DNA of 64,000 nucleotides from Eledone cirrhosa (GCA_964016885.1 OZ024741.1:75950001-76014000), one strand, 5' to 3'; shown: positions 48,136-62,455, numbered from the stretch's first letter. Numbers and translations are program-made. Notes: generated by a model not told the origin, from the letters alone.

Positions 48136-50162
48136 AACATTCGATTGACACTTTGATTACCTGTACAGGCAATAGTTATTAGAATGCTGTTGAAGTGTGT
48201 ATATATTTTTGGGGGACATCCTGTATATACACACATTATATATAATACAATAAACAGATAAATACACACATATATATATGAGCTTATTTAATTATAAATA
48301 TTGTGAATTTTTAACTCAGTTCAATTATATATATAAATGGTTTCTACAGGACTAGAACTGTTTCATTCGAAAGAAATCATCATAATATTGAGAGGGGGGA
48401 CTAGATAAAATATTTCAAATCAAATGTGTATAAGTTATAAGTTAAAATGTATAAATAGAGACGATAGTGGAGGTATATCTGTTTAGTGGAACAGTAGACG
48501 ATAGAATTAAATACAGACGATAATCTCCCTTTAATGAAACAGCAGACGATAGAATTAAGGCAATTTAAATTTTAAGCATTTGCATTTTTTGCCTTTCATC
48601 GTTACGGGGTCGATAAAATAAAGTACCAGTAATACACTGTCACTAGACGACTTTCAAATTGAATTGTTGGTTCCATTTCTTTAGTATTTTCAATTGTAGT
48701 TATCTACTTAAAAAGCGTTACACGGTTAGAGACATAATTCGTAAGTTATATCTTCCCTATTAAACCATTGCATTATTTCGCCTACAATAGAACAAAAATG
48801 AAATGTTCTTTAAAGAAACAGGAATATAACTTTATAAAAAAAAAAGTTGCATCCGCTTCTTTTATCATTGATAATTTTTTCGTTTTAATATTAATTGTTT
48901 TTTGTAGTTGTTTATATTAAAAATCTTACTGTAATATTTACTTAAACGAAGGCAAACATCTAAACTTATAGATTAATCTTGAGCGAAGGACTAGATAAAT
49001 CTCTCTCCCTCTCTCTCCCTCTCTCTCTATATATATATATATATAAACGAAGAATGATAAAATTTCAAGCAAAGAGTTTAATTAGGTATATTTTGTAATA
49101 TTATTAACTAATTATTATAATTAACGCGCATATTTTGCTATCCTCAAACACGTTTACGCATGGCATGAAATATAACTAATCCGAGATGGCTAGGTTTCAT
49201 CTTCTAACTGGATATACGAAATCCATTATGTCTTGACAACAACATGAGGTAACATTATGTTATTCACAGACACACTTTGTACACTGTTCCATATCAGAAT
49301 GTATTTCCTTCGTCACATTCACAAACAGTATTGAAAATATGTTCTTCGGCAAATAAAAATGTTTTGTTCATAATATTTCAACTAGCGATTACTCTACTCC
49401 ACGCACGACCACCATAAATTAATGACCAGCTCAACACAAGTATTGGTAGAGCGTCAGACACCATGCTTTGCAGTATTGTTATGGTCCTTTGCATTCTAAG
49501 TTCAAATCCTGCCGAGGTTAACTTCGACTTTCATACTTACTAATTCGATAAAATAAAGTACCAGTAATGGACTGCCGTAATGGATTTGTGCCGAAAAATA
49601 GAAACACTATTAATGTGCAATAAGAGCAAAATATAACGACATTGCTCAATTATTTTATCTAATGTTGTAATAACACAAGGAAATGTTGTTTGTGTATTTT
49701 TTTTTATATTTGCTCATAGGCTTTTACAATTTCGCTCAGCCAACAACTATTAAAAAGTGAGTTGCTTAAGATAACAATTTAATCACAAATTGTTGCTATC
49801 TTTTAATACACTCCAACAAGTCATCAAATTATGTACAATAAAAACAAATCTTATTAATTTGCTCAGGGAATATAAAGAAAATGTATATACACTGATAATT
49901 GCAATTGTATGTAAATATTTTGTTTTTGTATTGTATATTTTATGTTTTCTATTATGTATAATATATTGATTTAATATTGATTGTTTTTTGTAGTTGTTTA
50001 TATTAAAAGTCTGAAAATATTTTTATACATCTTACACTAATATTTATAAGATAATTTATAATAACAATTACATAATCTAATTACATTACAACGATAATTT
50101 ATTATTAATATATATCCTGTTTAACTAGAGTTATTACAAGCGTTGCCTTAAAAAAATATTAA

Positions 50163-51119
50163 ACTAGACATGAAAAATGCGCAAGCTCAAAAGTGCCACA
50201 GAATGTTATAATAAACCTTCAAAAGTGTGGGACTAGAGTTGTTGCTAAAAAATATTGTAATCATTATATATCGTACATTCTGTGGCATCCTTTATAAAAA
50301 TAGCTTAAACCAACGAAGCCTTTATTTTTACGCTATTTCACTTAGTTAATTCTTAGAGTGTAACATATAAAAATAAATACATCTATGTTTAATGTAATAA
50401 CAGCTATAAATAATTACGTAATATTATTATCATATACTCATAGTAACAAAATAATTGTGTTGAAACTTAATATGATGCTTATATGAACGATCAAATCTAT
50501 AATGATAATTTCTTAAATATACTAATAGTAAAATAATTTAGTTATCTATTGTTACATTTTCATAGAACTATAATATTAACAATCGTATTGCATTATCAAA
50601 TTTTTATCACTACAAACTTTCATATTGGAATTACCTTAAGCCACTTATTATTACTTCGCTTTCGTACTTTTACAGCTGTAGATATTGCGCTGTATCTTAT
50701 ATCTAATATCAATATCTCGTGGTAATTTGCATGAAGTGTAAAATAGGTTTATTAATAACTTTAATATGAAATGTATTATACAGGGCTGCGGAGTCGGCCA
50801 AAAATTGACTGGCTCCAACTCAGGATCCGATACTCCATTATTTCCTAAATTTCAGCTCCGCAGCTCTGTTATTATATTAATTAATTTATTTTATAGTTGT
50901 AAATCATATTTTTATATGTTACACTCTAAGAATTAACTAAGTGAAATAGCGTAAAAATAAAGGCTTCGTTGGTTTAAGCTATTTTTATAAAGGATGCCAC
51001 AGAATGTACGATATATAATGATTACAATATTTTTTAGCAACAACTCTAGTCCCACACTTTTGAAGGTTTATTATAACATTCTGTGGCACTTTTGAGCTTG
51101 CGCATTTTTCATGTCTAGT
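50163..51119. repeat. Perfect 213-bp inverted repeat with a 531-bp spacer
   Basis: 50163-50375 is the reverse complement of 50907-51119; no mismatch seen by eye. Confidence 0.93.
50781..50868. mobile_element. 88-bp hAT-like MITE
   Basis: TIR CAGGGCTGCGGAG / CTCCGCAGCTCTG; 8-bp flanks GTATTATA / TTATTATA. Confidence 0.7.
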
Positions 51120-54100
51120 ATATATATTAGTAGATGTCTGTGTATTTGTTTGTCTGTGCATAATGCCAATGAGGGAGTGAGAGCAGAAAGCAAGAGAGAA
51201 AGATAGAGGGAGAGATAGAGTGAAAGAAACAAACAGAGGGTGTGTGTGAGAGAACCACAGAATGAGAAAAAGACAGAGAAGAAAGAAACACAGAGAGAGA
51301 ACAAGTTTCTATTGTAGAAATTCAGAGGGAGGTAGCAGGAGAGAGAGAGAGAGACGCTGTGTTTGATACTGTATGTATAAGTGTCAGTGTAGATACATGT
51401 GTGTGCAAATAAGATGGGAAGGAAAGCAATAATTGTTAGTATGTATGTGTGTGTGTGTATGTGCACACATGCGTGTGTGAGCGTGCGCATGCGGCGTTCC
51501 ACAGAAAGTAAAAACTATCAACATGTGTGAGTGTGTGCGTGTTTGTAGGTGCACGTGTGCGTGTGTGCATTTGGGTGAGTGTGCGCATTTGGTGTGTGTG
51601 AGTAGGTGCACGTGTGCGTGTGTGCATTTGCGTGAGTGTGCGCATTTGGTGTGTGTGTGTGTGTGTGCGTGCGTGCTTGCGGCATTCCACAATCGCCATT
51701 TATTTCAATCACTCTTGTGAAGATATTCACTTAACTTTCACTCATTTCTTCATTTAATCCCCATTTTAATTTTCAAAAAAATTTCAGAGAAAAATGTTCT
51801 CACTCTCTACAAGAGGAGGCGGGGTAGATGTAGATGATCAGTATTCTACAGTGAAGCAAAAACGAGTACAAGTATCAAGAGCAAGGTCACTAGAGACCCC
51901 TGCACATCGACAGCAAAGACATGAAAATGACCGGAAGAGAGCTGCTGCACGCAGGGCCAATGAGACACAAGAGGCAAGGGAAAAATGGTTAGAACAATTA
52001 CGTCAACAAAACGCAATCCACAGAAGCCAAGAGTAAAAAAAGGAAAGAGAAAAACGTTTAAAGGATGCAAGACAAAGACAAGCTGCCACAGTTGTCAATG
52101 AGACAATAGGTCAGCGAGAGATTAGACAAAGAAAAACCAGGAGCAAACAGTTGCTGCAAGACTTCCTCAGAGGAAAGACGTAAGCGTTTTGATCAAGATA
52201 GACTGAATACATTTAACAAAAGAGTTGCACCTTTCAAGGGGATTTGGGAAAGATCAACTTTCAACTATGATTCAAAAAGTGATTATTCTACAGAGAAATT
52301 GATTGATATTGGAGCAATGTCAAAAGAGTGCAATTTTTGTAAAGGAAAGAAATGGGAAAAAGAAACCCCCACTATGTGTTGTGGTGGAGGAACGGTTGTT
52401 TTACCAGCGCTTGGTACACCCCAAAAACTTTGAAGGCATTGCTTTTGGGAAACACACCAAGGAGCATGCACTTCTTGAAAAACATTAGGAATTATAATTC
52501 TGCTTTCCAAATAACCTCCTTTGGTAGCAATATTATAAGAGAAGGGAACATGAAGCCAACTTTTAAAGTTCAAGGTCAACTATACCATCGTATTGGATCT
52601 TTGTTGCCAACTGAACGCAAAAACCCTCAGTTTTTACAGCTATATTTTGTGGCAAATTACAAGGAGCAGGCTTGAAAGAAAAGTTAATCAAATTTGAAAG
52701 AAAAGTTAATCTTTGATCTGCAAGATATGCTGCATGCAAACAATAGCTACATAAGAAACTTCAAGTATGCATTATAATCTGCACCACCCACTGAATACAA
52801 AAAACTGTGAAGTCTTTGGACCAGTCAAATGTGACATGTACTCAACTGAATGCCAAAATCGAGGATTGCTACATGCCCACATTTTGATTTGGTTACATGA
52901 AAAAACTTCAGCTAAATGATATTGATTTATTTATCCCAGCTGAACTACCTGATCCACAGCAAGATCCTTTGCTGCATGAATTGTCAAGTCCCAGATAATT
53001 CATGGGCCCTGTGGTTCAATGAATCCATCCTCCTCATGCATGAGGGATAATAAGTGTACCAAGAACTACCCATGTCCCTTTGTACAAGAAACCCAAACTG
53101 GAAAATGTGGCTACCCCCTTTACAGAAGAAGAAAACCTGCACATGGTGGATTCACTTCAAAAAAAGAAAATGAGAAATGGGCAAAAATTCATCATTGACA
53201 ATTGGTGGGTTGTACCCTACTGTCCTCTTCTTACAAAAACCTTCAAAGCCCATATCAATGTTAAATTCTGCAACTCTGTTAAGTCTATTAAGTATGTTTG
53301 CAAATATATAAACAAAAGTTTAGATATTGCAACATACACTCTTATGCAGAATGGCAGTTAGCAGATAAATAAAAATGACAAAGTTGCACAGTATGAGAGA
53401 GGAAGATACATCAGTAGCAATGAGGCTTTTTGGCGCATCTTCAATTTTCCCATTCATGAGAGGCACTCAGCCATCATTCATCTGAGTGTCCATCTAGAGA
53501 ATGGCCAAAGGGTTATCTTTACAAAACAAACAGCCTTGCAACAAACACTTTCTTCAAAAGAAACTACCCTTATTGACTTTTTTAAGTTGTGTCAAGAAGA
53601 TGAAGATGCAAGAAAACTCCTTTACCTAGAATTACCCAAGTATTACACATGGAGAAACAATAAATGGCACAAGAGGAAACATGGCACAGGTAAAATATTT
53701 GTAACAACATTGCTTCTCTCCAAGGTAAGACAACAAAAACGAATTGCAGTTACTGTAGCATCGTCTGGCATTGCTGCCACCCTTCTCCCAGGAAGACGAA
53801 CTGCTCATTCTGCTTAAATTACTGCTAAACCTGGTCAGAAATGACAGTCCAATTTGTAAGATAAGCAAAGGTTCAGGTTCAGTAGAAGTGTTGCGCCAAT
53901 GCCATCTGATCATTTGGGATGAATGCACCATGTCACACAGAGGTGCAATGGAAACTCTTGATAAGACCTTACAGGACATAAAAGTCAACAATAAATCTAT
54001 GGGAGGAGTTTCATTAGTTTTATCAGGAGACTTCAGACCAATATTACCAGTCATTCCGAGCAGAACAAGAGCTGATGAAATAAAAGCATGCATTAAGTCT

Positions 54101-55181
54101 TTGCACCAATGGAATAAAGTACAGAAATTCTCTTTCAATACTAACATGCGAGCTTTATTATATGGGGACCAATGAGCAGAACAGTTTTCAACCCAGCTCC
54201 TCCAATTAGGAAATGGGAAAGTACCAATTGATAGGAATGGTGATAACAATTTGGCTCATATTGCTATCATGGTGAATTCCCCAGCTGAATTGAAGAATAG
54301 GGTATTTCAAGACTTAAGTTATAATTATAATTCACATAAATGGTTGTGTGTAAGGACAATTCTTGCTCCCAAAAATGAGACAGTAGCAAGGATTAACCAT
54401 GAATTAATGAATAAGATTCCAACAGTCATTAAGGAGTACAAATCAGTTGATTCAGTCCTTGATGAAAATCAAGCTGTCTGCTACCCAACAGAGTTCCTTA
54501 ATTCTCTTGAGCCATCTGGAATTCCTCCACATAAACTTTTTCTGAAGGTAGGAGTCCCAATAATGCTTCTAAGAAATTTAGATTCTTCTAAATCATGCAA
54601 TGGGTCAAGGTTGATTGTGAAAACATTATTACCTAATATGATAGAAGCTACCATCATCACTGGATGTGCTTCTGGGGAAGACGTTTTCATTCCAAGAATT
54701 CCAATCAAACCAATAGACATGCCATTTGAGTTCAAACGAACACAATTCCCAGTGCGGCTTTACTTTGCAATGTCTATTAATAAAGCTCAAGGTCAGACTT
54801 TGAAATCTACTAGCTTGCACTTAATTGAGCCTTGCTTTTCTCATGGTCAACTTTATGTTGGTTGCTCTAGGGTTATTTGTCTATGCTCTAAACCAGAAAA
54901 CAAAGAATGTTGTTTTCCCAGAAGCTCTTACGTAATTTCCTTCAACATATGTCATAGAATTTATCTCCCTTCATAAAAGTGGTAAATTTTGTATTTTCGT
55001 TTTTCATCATTATTATTATTTTTTTTTTGTATTATGAATTCAGAATTGATTTTATCATGTATCCCAATTGAAGAATAAATTGAATTTAGAATAACAAATT
55101 TCTATACAACATATTTTGCTTTTTTCTTCTAATATATAAGGAACGATTTCATTCCCAGGCAATGTCGGGTGCCTCTGCTAG
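51114..55181 (+). mobile_element. Helitron derived from an autonomous element; RepHel pseudogene with internal deletions
   Basis: MCCGGG, IRNYNSAF, FKVQGQLYH, RGLLHAHILIW (HUH), KYVCKYINK, GTGKIF, VASSGIAA, IIWDECTM, GDFRPILPV, FAMSINKAQGQT, FSHGQLYV; 3' CCCAGGCAATGTCGGG hairpin and CTAG|T; 5' boundary approximate. Confidence 0.93.
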
Positions 55182-55540
55182 TTAGTATATATGTAAATCC
55201 AATACACAAATCTATTTATGATTGACCTACAAGAAATTGAAGTCACATTTCCTTCAACCACCCTCTTAGTAATTCATATCTGCTTTCAAATTTACAGATT
55301 TTGTTTGATAACTTAGTATGAGGTATAAACTATTATATTTTAAAAAAAGGGAAGCAGCTGGTGATATTCTAACAACTCAGTTATCAGTCAGTGGGTGAGT
55401 AGAGAAGGATTTATTCTTATAGTATTGAAAAGCATGGCTGTGTGGCTGACAAATTGGCTTTGCAACCAAATGGTTCTATGTTCAATCTCACACTACAGCG
55501 CCAAGGTGCTTTGACAAGTGTCTTGTCTTAAGAAGAAGAA

Positions 55541-55580
<40 letters not shown>

Positions 55581-55657
55581 GTGGTGGTGATGGTGATGAT
55601 GATGATGATGATGATCATCATCATCATCATCACTATCACCACCATCATCATCATCAA
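55541..55657. repeat. Head-to-head (GAT)n/(CAT)n microsatellite (self-complementary)
   Basis: (GAT)n switches to (CAT)n at about 55615. Confidence 0.9.
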
Positions 55658-56024
55658 TGCTGGTGTACGTTGGGTGAGACCAGAGCATTTCCTAGTCATG
55701 TGTGGCATTAAGCAACTGAAAGTGCAAGACTGCACTTTGGATTAGACACCAGTTCATTGCAGTGTTAACACTAGTTGTTACTGGAACTCATTTTCAGCTG
55801 AGCAAACTGGAACAATGTGAAATGAAGTGCTTTGTTCGAGAACAAAACAACATTCTTACAACTGTGAGACCAACACTGTAACCACTAAGTCACACATGTT
55901 TATAGTCGCAGTTTGACAATTTCAAATGTGAAGTGTCAACATGTCTCCATCCTCATCTGGTTAACAAGAGTGGAGATAGCTTTTGTTTTGTATTTTGGCT
56001 TAATAGGTTTAAAGAAAAAAGGCA

Positions 56025-56400
56025 GGGCTCATGGTCTTTACAGATCTAGTGAAACAGTCAGTGCTCATGGTCTTCACAAATCCACTGTGATCTAGAGGGT
56101 CAGTGCTCATGACTTCCACTGGCTCATCAAGGCTTGGAGAAAAATACAGGTCTCATGGTCTTCACAAATCTACTGTGGTCTAGAGGGTCAGGGCTCATGA
56201 CTTTCACAGGGTCACCAAGGCTGGGAGAAAAAGACATGGCTCATGCCCTTCACAGATCCACTGAGACATAGAAGGTCAGTGCTCATGGCCTCACAGACTC
56301 ACTGATACCTACAGGTCAGTGCTCATAATCTTCACAGACCTACTGAGACCTGGACACTCAGTGTTCATGGCCTTATGGTCTTCACAGACCCACTGAGACT
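56025..56400. repeat. Degenerate minisatellite of about 30-45-bp units
   Basis: Recurrent GGTCAGTGCTCATGGTCTTCACAGATCCACTG. Confidence 0.75.
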
Positions 56401-57174
56401 GGAAAGATGGATTGATGTTTTGCTTAAACTGCTGCAGGTCCACTCCCTTAGGAAAAACATGAACAGAGTAGGAGTACCAGAGAACTGATCTTTTGGACAG
56501 GAAGGACTGGGTATAGAGATTAGTGTAGAGCCTATGGGAGGATGGTGGTGAACACATCACTAGTGATAAAAACTAGACAGATGAGTGAGCTGGAAGTGCC
56601 TGAGTAGAGGCTGTCTGAGACTTGCAAGCTGAGTAATAAAGTAATTGTCTCAAGTAAGTAAAGACTAGATTAACATTTTTGTTTGTATTTTTAGCTCATC
56701 ATCAGACTGGACCAAGGAAACCATGTTTTAATTGGTCTTTCTATTGCGGATACTATCTCTGTCGTAACTCCTAGCAGGAGGTGAGATTTGAACTCACAAT
56801 GCAAAAATCTAGATTTGATACCAGAAAGCATCCCATCCAATTCTTTAACAATTCTGCCCCCCCCCCCCGCCACTCCAGACTGGTACTTAATTTATCGACC
56901 TGAAAGGAAGAAAAAGCAAAGTTACCATGGTAAGATTTGAACTCAGAGTGCAATGTGCCAGAGCAAAAACTCTAATGATTTTGCCAATTTGCTGCTTTTA
57001 AATATATCAAATATAATATAAGTTTGTGCCAGTAAATAAAGACTTGATTAATATATTTAAAAGGTATGTTAGTGTCAGCAGAGGTTGCATATCTCTGTGT
57101 CAAACAGTTCAGAATCTAAAAGAAAGAAAAAGAAGAGAGATTAAGAGAAAGAGGAGAGATAGATATATAGATAG

Positions 57175-57212
<38 letters not shown>

Positions 57213-58646
57213 GGGGGGGGGAAAGAAAGAGAGTGAGAGAAGATAAATAAAAAAAATGAACTTAAAATTCATTGTGTAGGCAATTGGTTACTTGTTACCA
57301 GACATATTAAATTATGGTCCCAGCAGACAGGCCTTTGTTTTGTGAAGGAATGCCAGAGGCAAGGTGAAATAAATTCTTTACCTACAGTAACACTGGCCTG
57401 TAATGTATTCCCAACACAACTTACCCAGCTAACAATGTTTTGTCATTTACAATATAATGCTCACAAATATATTCAAACCACCTCTCCTATCTCAATAGAT
57501 TGAAAGGTGAGGCCTAGCATGAAACAATTTCCTCTCAAATTCGGCCTCATCAGAACTCTGTAACCCTTTAAAATTTCCCCTCCTCTACTGACTCCCTTTC
57601 ATCAGTAATTTCTAGAACATGACAATCTCTCTAGTGCTGGTATCACAATAAAATGCACCCAGTACTAGGATCCTCCATTTCCCTTAGCTAAACACCATGC
57701 TTCCATAATTAATACATATTACTCTTTCACCTTACAGGTTAGGACCATGAATAACTATTCCCCTAGCATCTAATGTTCTTACCTTTACTTTTGGTGTGAA
57801 TACTTCCTTTCTTTCTTTTATTTATTCATCTATATTTATGTGCATGTGAATATATGTGCACATGCATTTCTGGGCTGTGTGTCTGTCTGTACATATGAGT
57901 GGTTGATCGTTCATGAGCACTTGCTTGTATGTGGATATACTGTGACTATATGACCATGCACATATATACATGTGTACAATGACACGAACCCACTATATTA
58001 AGATTTAGCTCACACACATGTTCACAGCATGTTTTACCTCAAGCACACCCCCTCTTCCTTCTGCATCACAGCTAAAATAAATAATCATTCACCAAAGACC
58101 TATGGACAACAGCATGATAATAATAGTGATAATAATATAAATAGGATTGTGGCTTCCTGCTGAGAATAAACTGATGGCCATATACTGATAGGGGAAAATA
58201 GATAAATCAACTTGTAGGAATTATTTGTATTATAGCCATTTTAAGAGCCAAATGACCGAAGAATGCGATACCTTTAGTACACTGACCTACTTTTACTTCA
58301 TAACACCACTACAGTAGCTCCCACTCATCTGTCTCTAGCTTACCAACGTTGATGTAGCATATGCCTGCTGTAATCCAAATGAACAACATCCCTTCGATGA
58401 CAGACATATCAAAAGCCAAAAAGCAAAACAAAATATTGTTTACATTTTTTAGCAACTGTCTGAAAACACACTAAATAACTATTACATAAGGACTTTATAA
58501 AGCCTCTGAAATGGGCATAACAGATGTGGTGTAAGAAAATAAACTGAAGTTGAATATGTAGAACCATCTCTCTTTTTCTTTTTTTTGTAACACATATATA
58601 TATACCCATGCTAAGCATGGAAAATGAATGTTAAAGATGATGATAA

Positions 58647-58686
<40 letters not shown>

Positions 58687-58814
58687 GGTAGGTCTGTAAC
58701 AATAGTTACAGGCACTTCAGCAGTTAGAGCACTCAATGCAGGATTTTGTTCCTCCTTACTTACATACAAATATGCATGTATCTGTACATACATACATACA
58801 TACATGCATACATA

Positions 58815-59695
58815 ATCAAAAACTCACACCCAGGGAAGTTGCCCAGCAGTACCGCAGTGAATCCATAGATGAAAAAACTGCATGCTTATCAACAATAAAT
58901 AATGCATGGATATGTTGCCAGGAAGCTCCAGAGTAAGAGTAATATAGATAAACAAAGTAGTCTATCTTGGACCAACAACCGTTATTCGCTCCCACTTTGA
59001 AGGATACACTTTTGCAATCCAAGAACAGGAGATTAGCACGAAATACCTGATTCACAAAAGAGATAGGGATGCAGGCAAAACACCTAGATGTGACAACAAT
59101 GCAGACTCTGCAGAATTAACATCGAAGATGTCACCCACGTCATAAGCAGCTGTCCAAAGATGCCATCGCGGTACTATCTACCTCTGAGGCATGATGTAGT
59201 GGCCAAAACACTGTACAATGCAATCCGTAGAAAAGATAGCCTCGATAATAAACACATTTAAAGCTACAGCAATATGGAAGATATACATATACATAATATG
59301 AAAGAGTACTGGTGGAATGTTCTAGTAAAAACCCCAATAAAATGAAGGCATAACAGACCAGATATAATGATATGGGACAGGGAAAAGAAGGCATGTACAG
59401 TAGTGGAAGTTAGTTGCCCAGCAGATGCCAATATAATATCAAAGATTAGCGAAAAGGAGAATATTTATGCAGAACTGATGAGAAATCTGCAGATACTTCA
59501 CCCTGATTACACCTTCAGATTTATGTCTGTGGCATTATTGGGGCACTGGGATATGTTAGTAACTGCCTCAATACAAATCTTGAGAAGCTAGGCTTCACAG
59601 AAACAGAAAGAACACAACTGTTTAGGAAATTACAAGTACAATCCATTAAAGGAACAATAAAAATATGTAAAACATTCCAAAAATTCTGCATCTAA
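58815..59695 (+). mobile_element. Decayed RLE-type (R4/NeSL-like) non-LTR 3' fragment
   Basis: AIQEQEI, CRLCRINIEDVTHVISSCP, RHDVVAK, HNRPDIMIWDREKK..VEVSCP. Confidence 0.85.
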
Positions 59696-60027
59696 TAACT
59701 GCATATACACTTGTACAGATACAAAGCATTTGCACATGCACACATACAACTCAAAACATACACAACCACACATACAATAACATCCATACCTGCATACACA
59801 TGCATGCAGACATGCATACATATCTACCTAGTTGATGTTGGGTAAATTCCAATAAGAAAGTCTTGTATCTATGATAAAAACCAACTCTCTCTCTATTGGC
59901 AACAATTTGAGAAATTATAAAACCAGAACATACATACATCATGGGTTCCCACGTGTTATCGAGTATGGCCATTGCACAAAAAGAAAAAAAATTTAATAAT
60001 AATAATAATAATAATAAAAAAATAAAA

Positions 60028-60140
<113 letters not shown>

Positions 60141-60149
60141 CAATTAATG

Positions 60150-60712
60150 GTGCTGCGATCGAATATGACTTTATAGCCCAGCCAATGATCTAAAATGTCT
60201 TGCACAGAGTTGGCAACTAAAACATTCACTGGCAGTGGCCGGCTGTGGTTGGAGTTCATGTACTTTTGCATGTCATTTGAATCCTCCTGCTGATTTAAAT
60301 TCTCTACCACATGCTTGGCAGGCATGATGAGTAGCATCTCCAACAGCAGCTTGGTAGTCAACCACTGGTCTCACTTTATGACTGCAAAGATGACTTTCGA
60401 GTCCAGCTGTGCTGAGGCAGAGTCTCGCACAGACGCTGCATGTCCGCGCCATAGGAGGACCTTCACTGTCTGGAAATGTAACAGCAATGCCCTTCCTCAC
60501 ATCCCTTTTTACTCTCTCGTATGCAATTCAAGATGCCTCAAAGGCAACTTTCCCCTCATATACAGTCTTTCTCCATTTATTACGATCAGCAGCTACATTT
60601 TCCCATGTATCAGCAGAGATGTTAGCGTCTTTCAAAGAGGCTTTCAACGAATCCTTATACCTCCCATCTGGTTTATGTGGAGGTCGTTTTCCTTTAGCTA
60701 ACTCTCCATACA
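60150..60712 (-). mobile_element. RTE/BovB-like ORF C-terminal fragment with C2H2-like fingers
   Basis: YGELAKGKRP..RYKDSLK..TWENVAADRNKWR; CSVCARLCLSTAGLESH; CQACGREFKSAGG. Confidence 0.8.
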
Positions 60713-60721
60713 TACATACAT

Positions 60722-60797
<76 letters not shown>

Positions 60798-62401
60798 CTT
60801 TTGTCCTTCACAGTAGACAACACGTACTTCACCTTCAACCACCACACATACAGACAGACAACAGGATTACCCATGGGATCCAGCCTATCGGGCCTGCTGG
60901 CCATCACCTATATGAACCAGCTAAAATGCCGAGCCCTCAACACCTGCCATTCCCATACCTTCTTCACCCGATATGTAGATGACATACTCATCCTTACATC
61001 ATCCCGTGAGGAGGCAGATAAAATATACACAACATTCTCCAGCATGGACGCCAGTATAAAGTTCAGCATAGAACACCCCGATGATCGCGGATCCCTATCC
61101 CTACTGGACTTCCAACTCAGGGTAACAGATGAAGGCTACATCCACACCTGCTTCTATAAAAAAGCCGCCAGCAGGGACCTGTTCGTACATTTCAGATCGG
61201 CCCTCCCAGCCGGCGCTAAGTTCGGATACATAAGGAACGAACTGGCACGTATCCGGAACAAATGCACCGACGCTAGAGACCGAGACACACTCACCACACA
61301 TTTCCTGGAAGTACTCAAACTGAACGGATACACGACATCCACCACAAACCGTGCCAGAAAGAACAGAGGACACCACACCCGAGGCACTAACACTTGCTTC
61401 CTGAAGCTCCCACACTTCAGTGACGAAACAAAAACAGCCATCCGCAGAGCTATCAGACGAGAGGGACTAGATATCCAACTGGCCCACTCAGGTCCTTCTC
61501 TACGTGGGCAGCTAACCAAAAGACACTCCACCAGACATGACAACTGCTGCAGGCTAGCCAACTGCCCCATCAACGACACAGACCTATGCCACCAGGCTTA
61601 CGTCGTATACAGACTAGAGTGTGACAAATGCAGCAACTTCTACGTAGGTAGCACCACCAGACCACTCCAAATAAGAATAAAAGAACACCTCAATACTAAC
61701 GCTTCCTCATTTAAGAAACACCTAGTTAAATGCAAAAACACCGACAAAACCATAACAGTTAGGATAGAAACTAAGGAAAGAAACCTCGGCAATCTTAGAT
61801 TTAAGGAAGCACTAATTATAGACAAAACACAACCACCAATCAATAATAAACTAGAACTCAACACCCAATTTATAACTTGATAGAGCTTCTAGCCTCATAT
61901 TTACCCCCCCCCCCCCACACGCACACACACACACACACGCTTACACCTCCACTTATTCTCTCTCACACATACACACACAAAGACACGAGATAACATCTAT
62001 CCCCCACATTTACGTATAGACATATCTTCTCACACTCACACACACACACACACTCACATACTTACACCTTCTTGCATTCTCCCACACACTTAAACAGGCA
62101 TGTACGAAGAAAAAACCCTTTTAAAGGGAGACTACTCTTTATCCACCTAATCTTAACTCTTTGACATTAGAGATAGAACAGATACTCTATACCATTTCCT
62201 GTCAGCATGACTTGGCAAGCTATTTAGAACACTGGTTTAATCGCTTTACTTCTCTCCGAAGAAGAGATATTATCTCGAAAATTAAGGACGTTTAAATAAA
62301 TCTAAGGCAAAAGACTAATTGTCAACAATATCTTTTGCATCTGCATTCTTTATTCTATGTCCATACCTGCATTGTTTTGGCTTTATTATACATATACAAA
62401 C

Positions 62402-62405
<4 letters not shown>
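60798..62405 (+). mobile_element. Penelope-like element, 5'-truncated, inserted in (TA)n
   Basis: Open RT + GIY-YIG frame, 3' UTR with a degenerate hammerhead-like core (CCGAAGA-A-GAGATA-T-TATCTC-GAAA at 62256-62280); (TA)n on both sides. Confidence 0.93.
60801..61880 (+). CDS. Penelope-like RT C-terminal half + GIY-YIG endonuclease (uninterrupted 359-codon frame, no true start)
   Basis: YRQTTGLPMGSSLS, RYVDDIL, LSLLD, FYKK, Cys linker, VVYRLECDKCSNFYVGSTTR..RIKEH, KEALII, PPIN. Confidence 0.88.
   Translation: MSFTVDNTYFTFNHHTYRQTTGLPMGSSLSGLLAITYMNQLKCRALNTCHSHTFFTRYVDDILILTSSREEADKIYTTFSSMDASIKFSIEHPDDRGSLSLLDFQLRVTDEGYIHTCFYKKAASRDLFVHFRSALPAGAKFGYIRNELARIRNKCTDARDRDTLTTHFLEVLKLNGYTTSTTNRARKNRGHHTRGTNTCFLKLPHFSDETKTAIRRAIRREGLDIQLAHSGPSLRGQLTKRHSTRHDNCCRLANCPINDTDLCHQAYVVYRLECDKCSNFYVGSTTRPLQIRIKEHLNTNASSFKKHLVKCKNTDKTITVRIETKERNLGNLRFKEALIIDKTQPPINNKLELNTQFIT

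Positions 62406-62455
<50 letters not shown>

Noticed and set aside
48340-48390. ATGATGA-TTTCTTTCGAAT-GAAAC..GTC on the minus strand
   Set aside because: Core mutated and stem I missing; at most a decayed Penelope-type UTR relic
57500-57560. CTGATGAGGCCGAA on the minus strand, resembling a hammerhead or an exon upstream of a GTAAG
   Set aside because: No GAAA after the putative stem II, no stems I or III, and the frames examined hit stops
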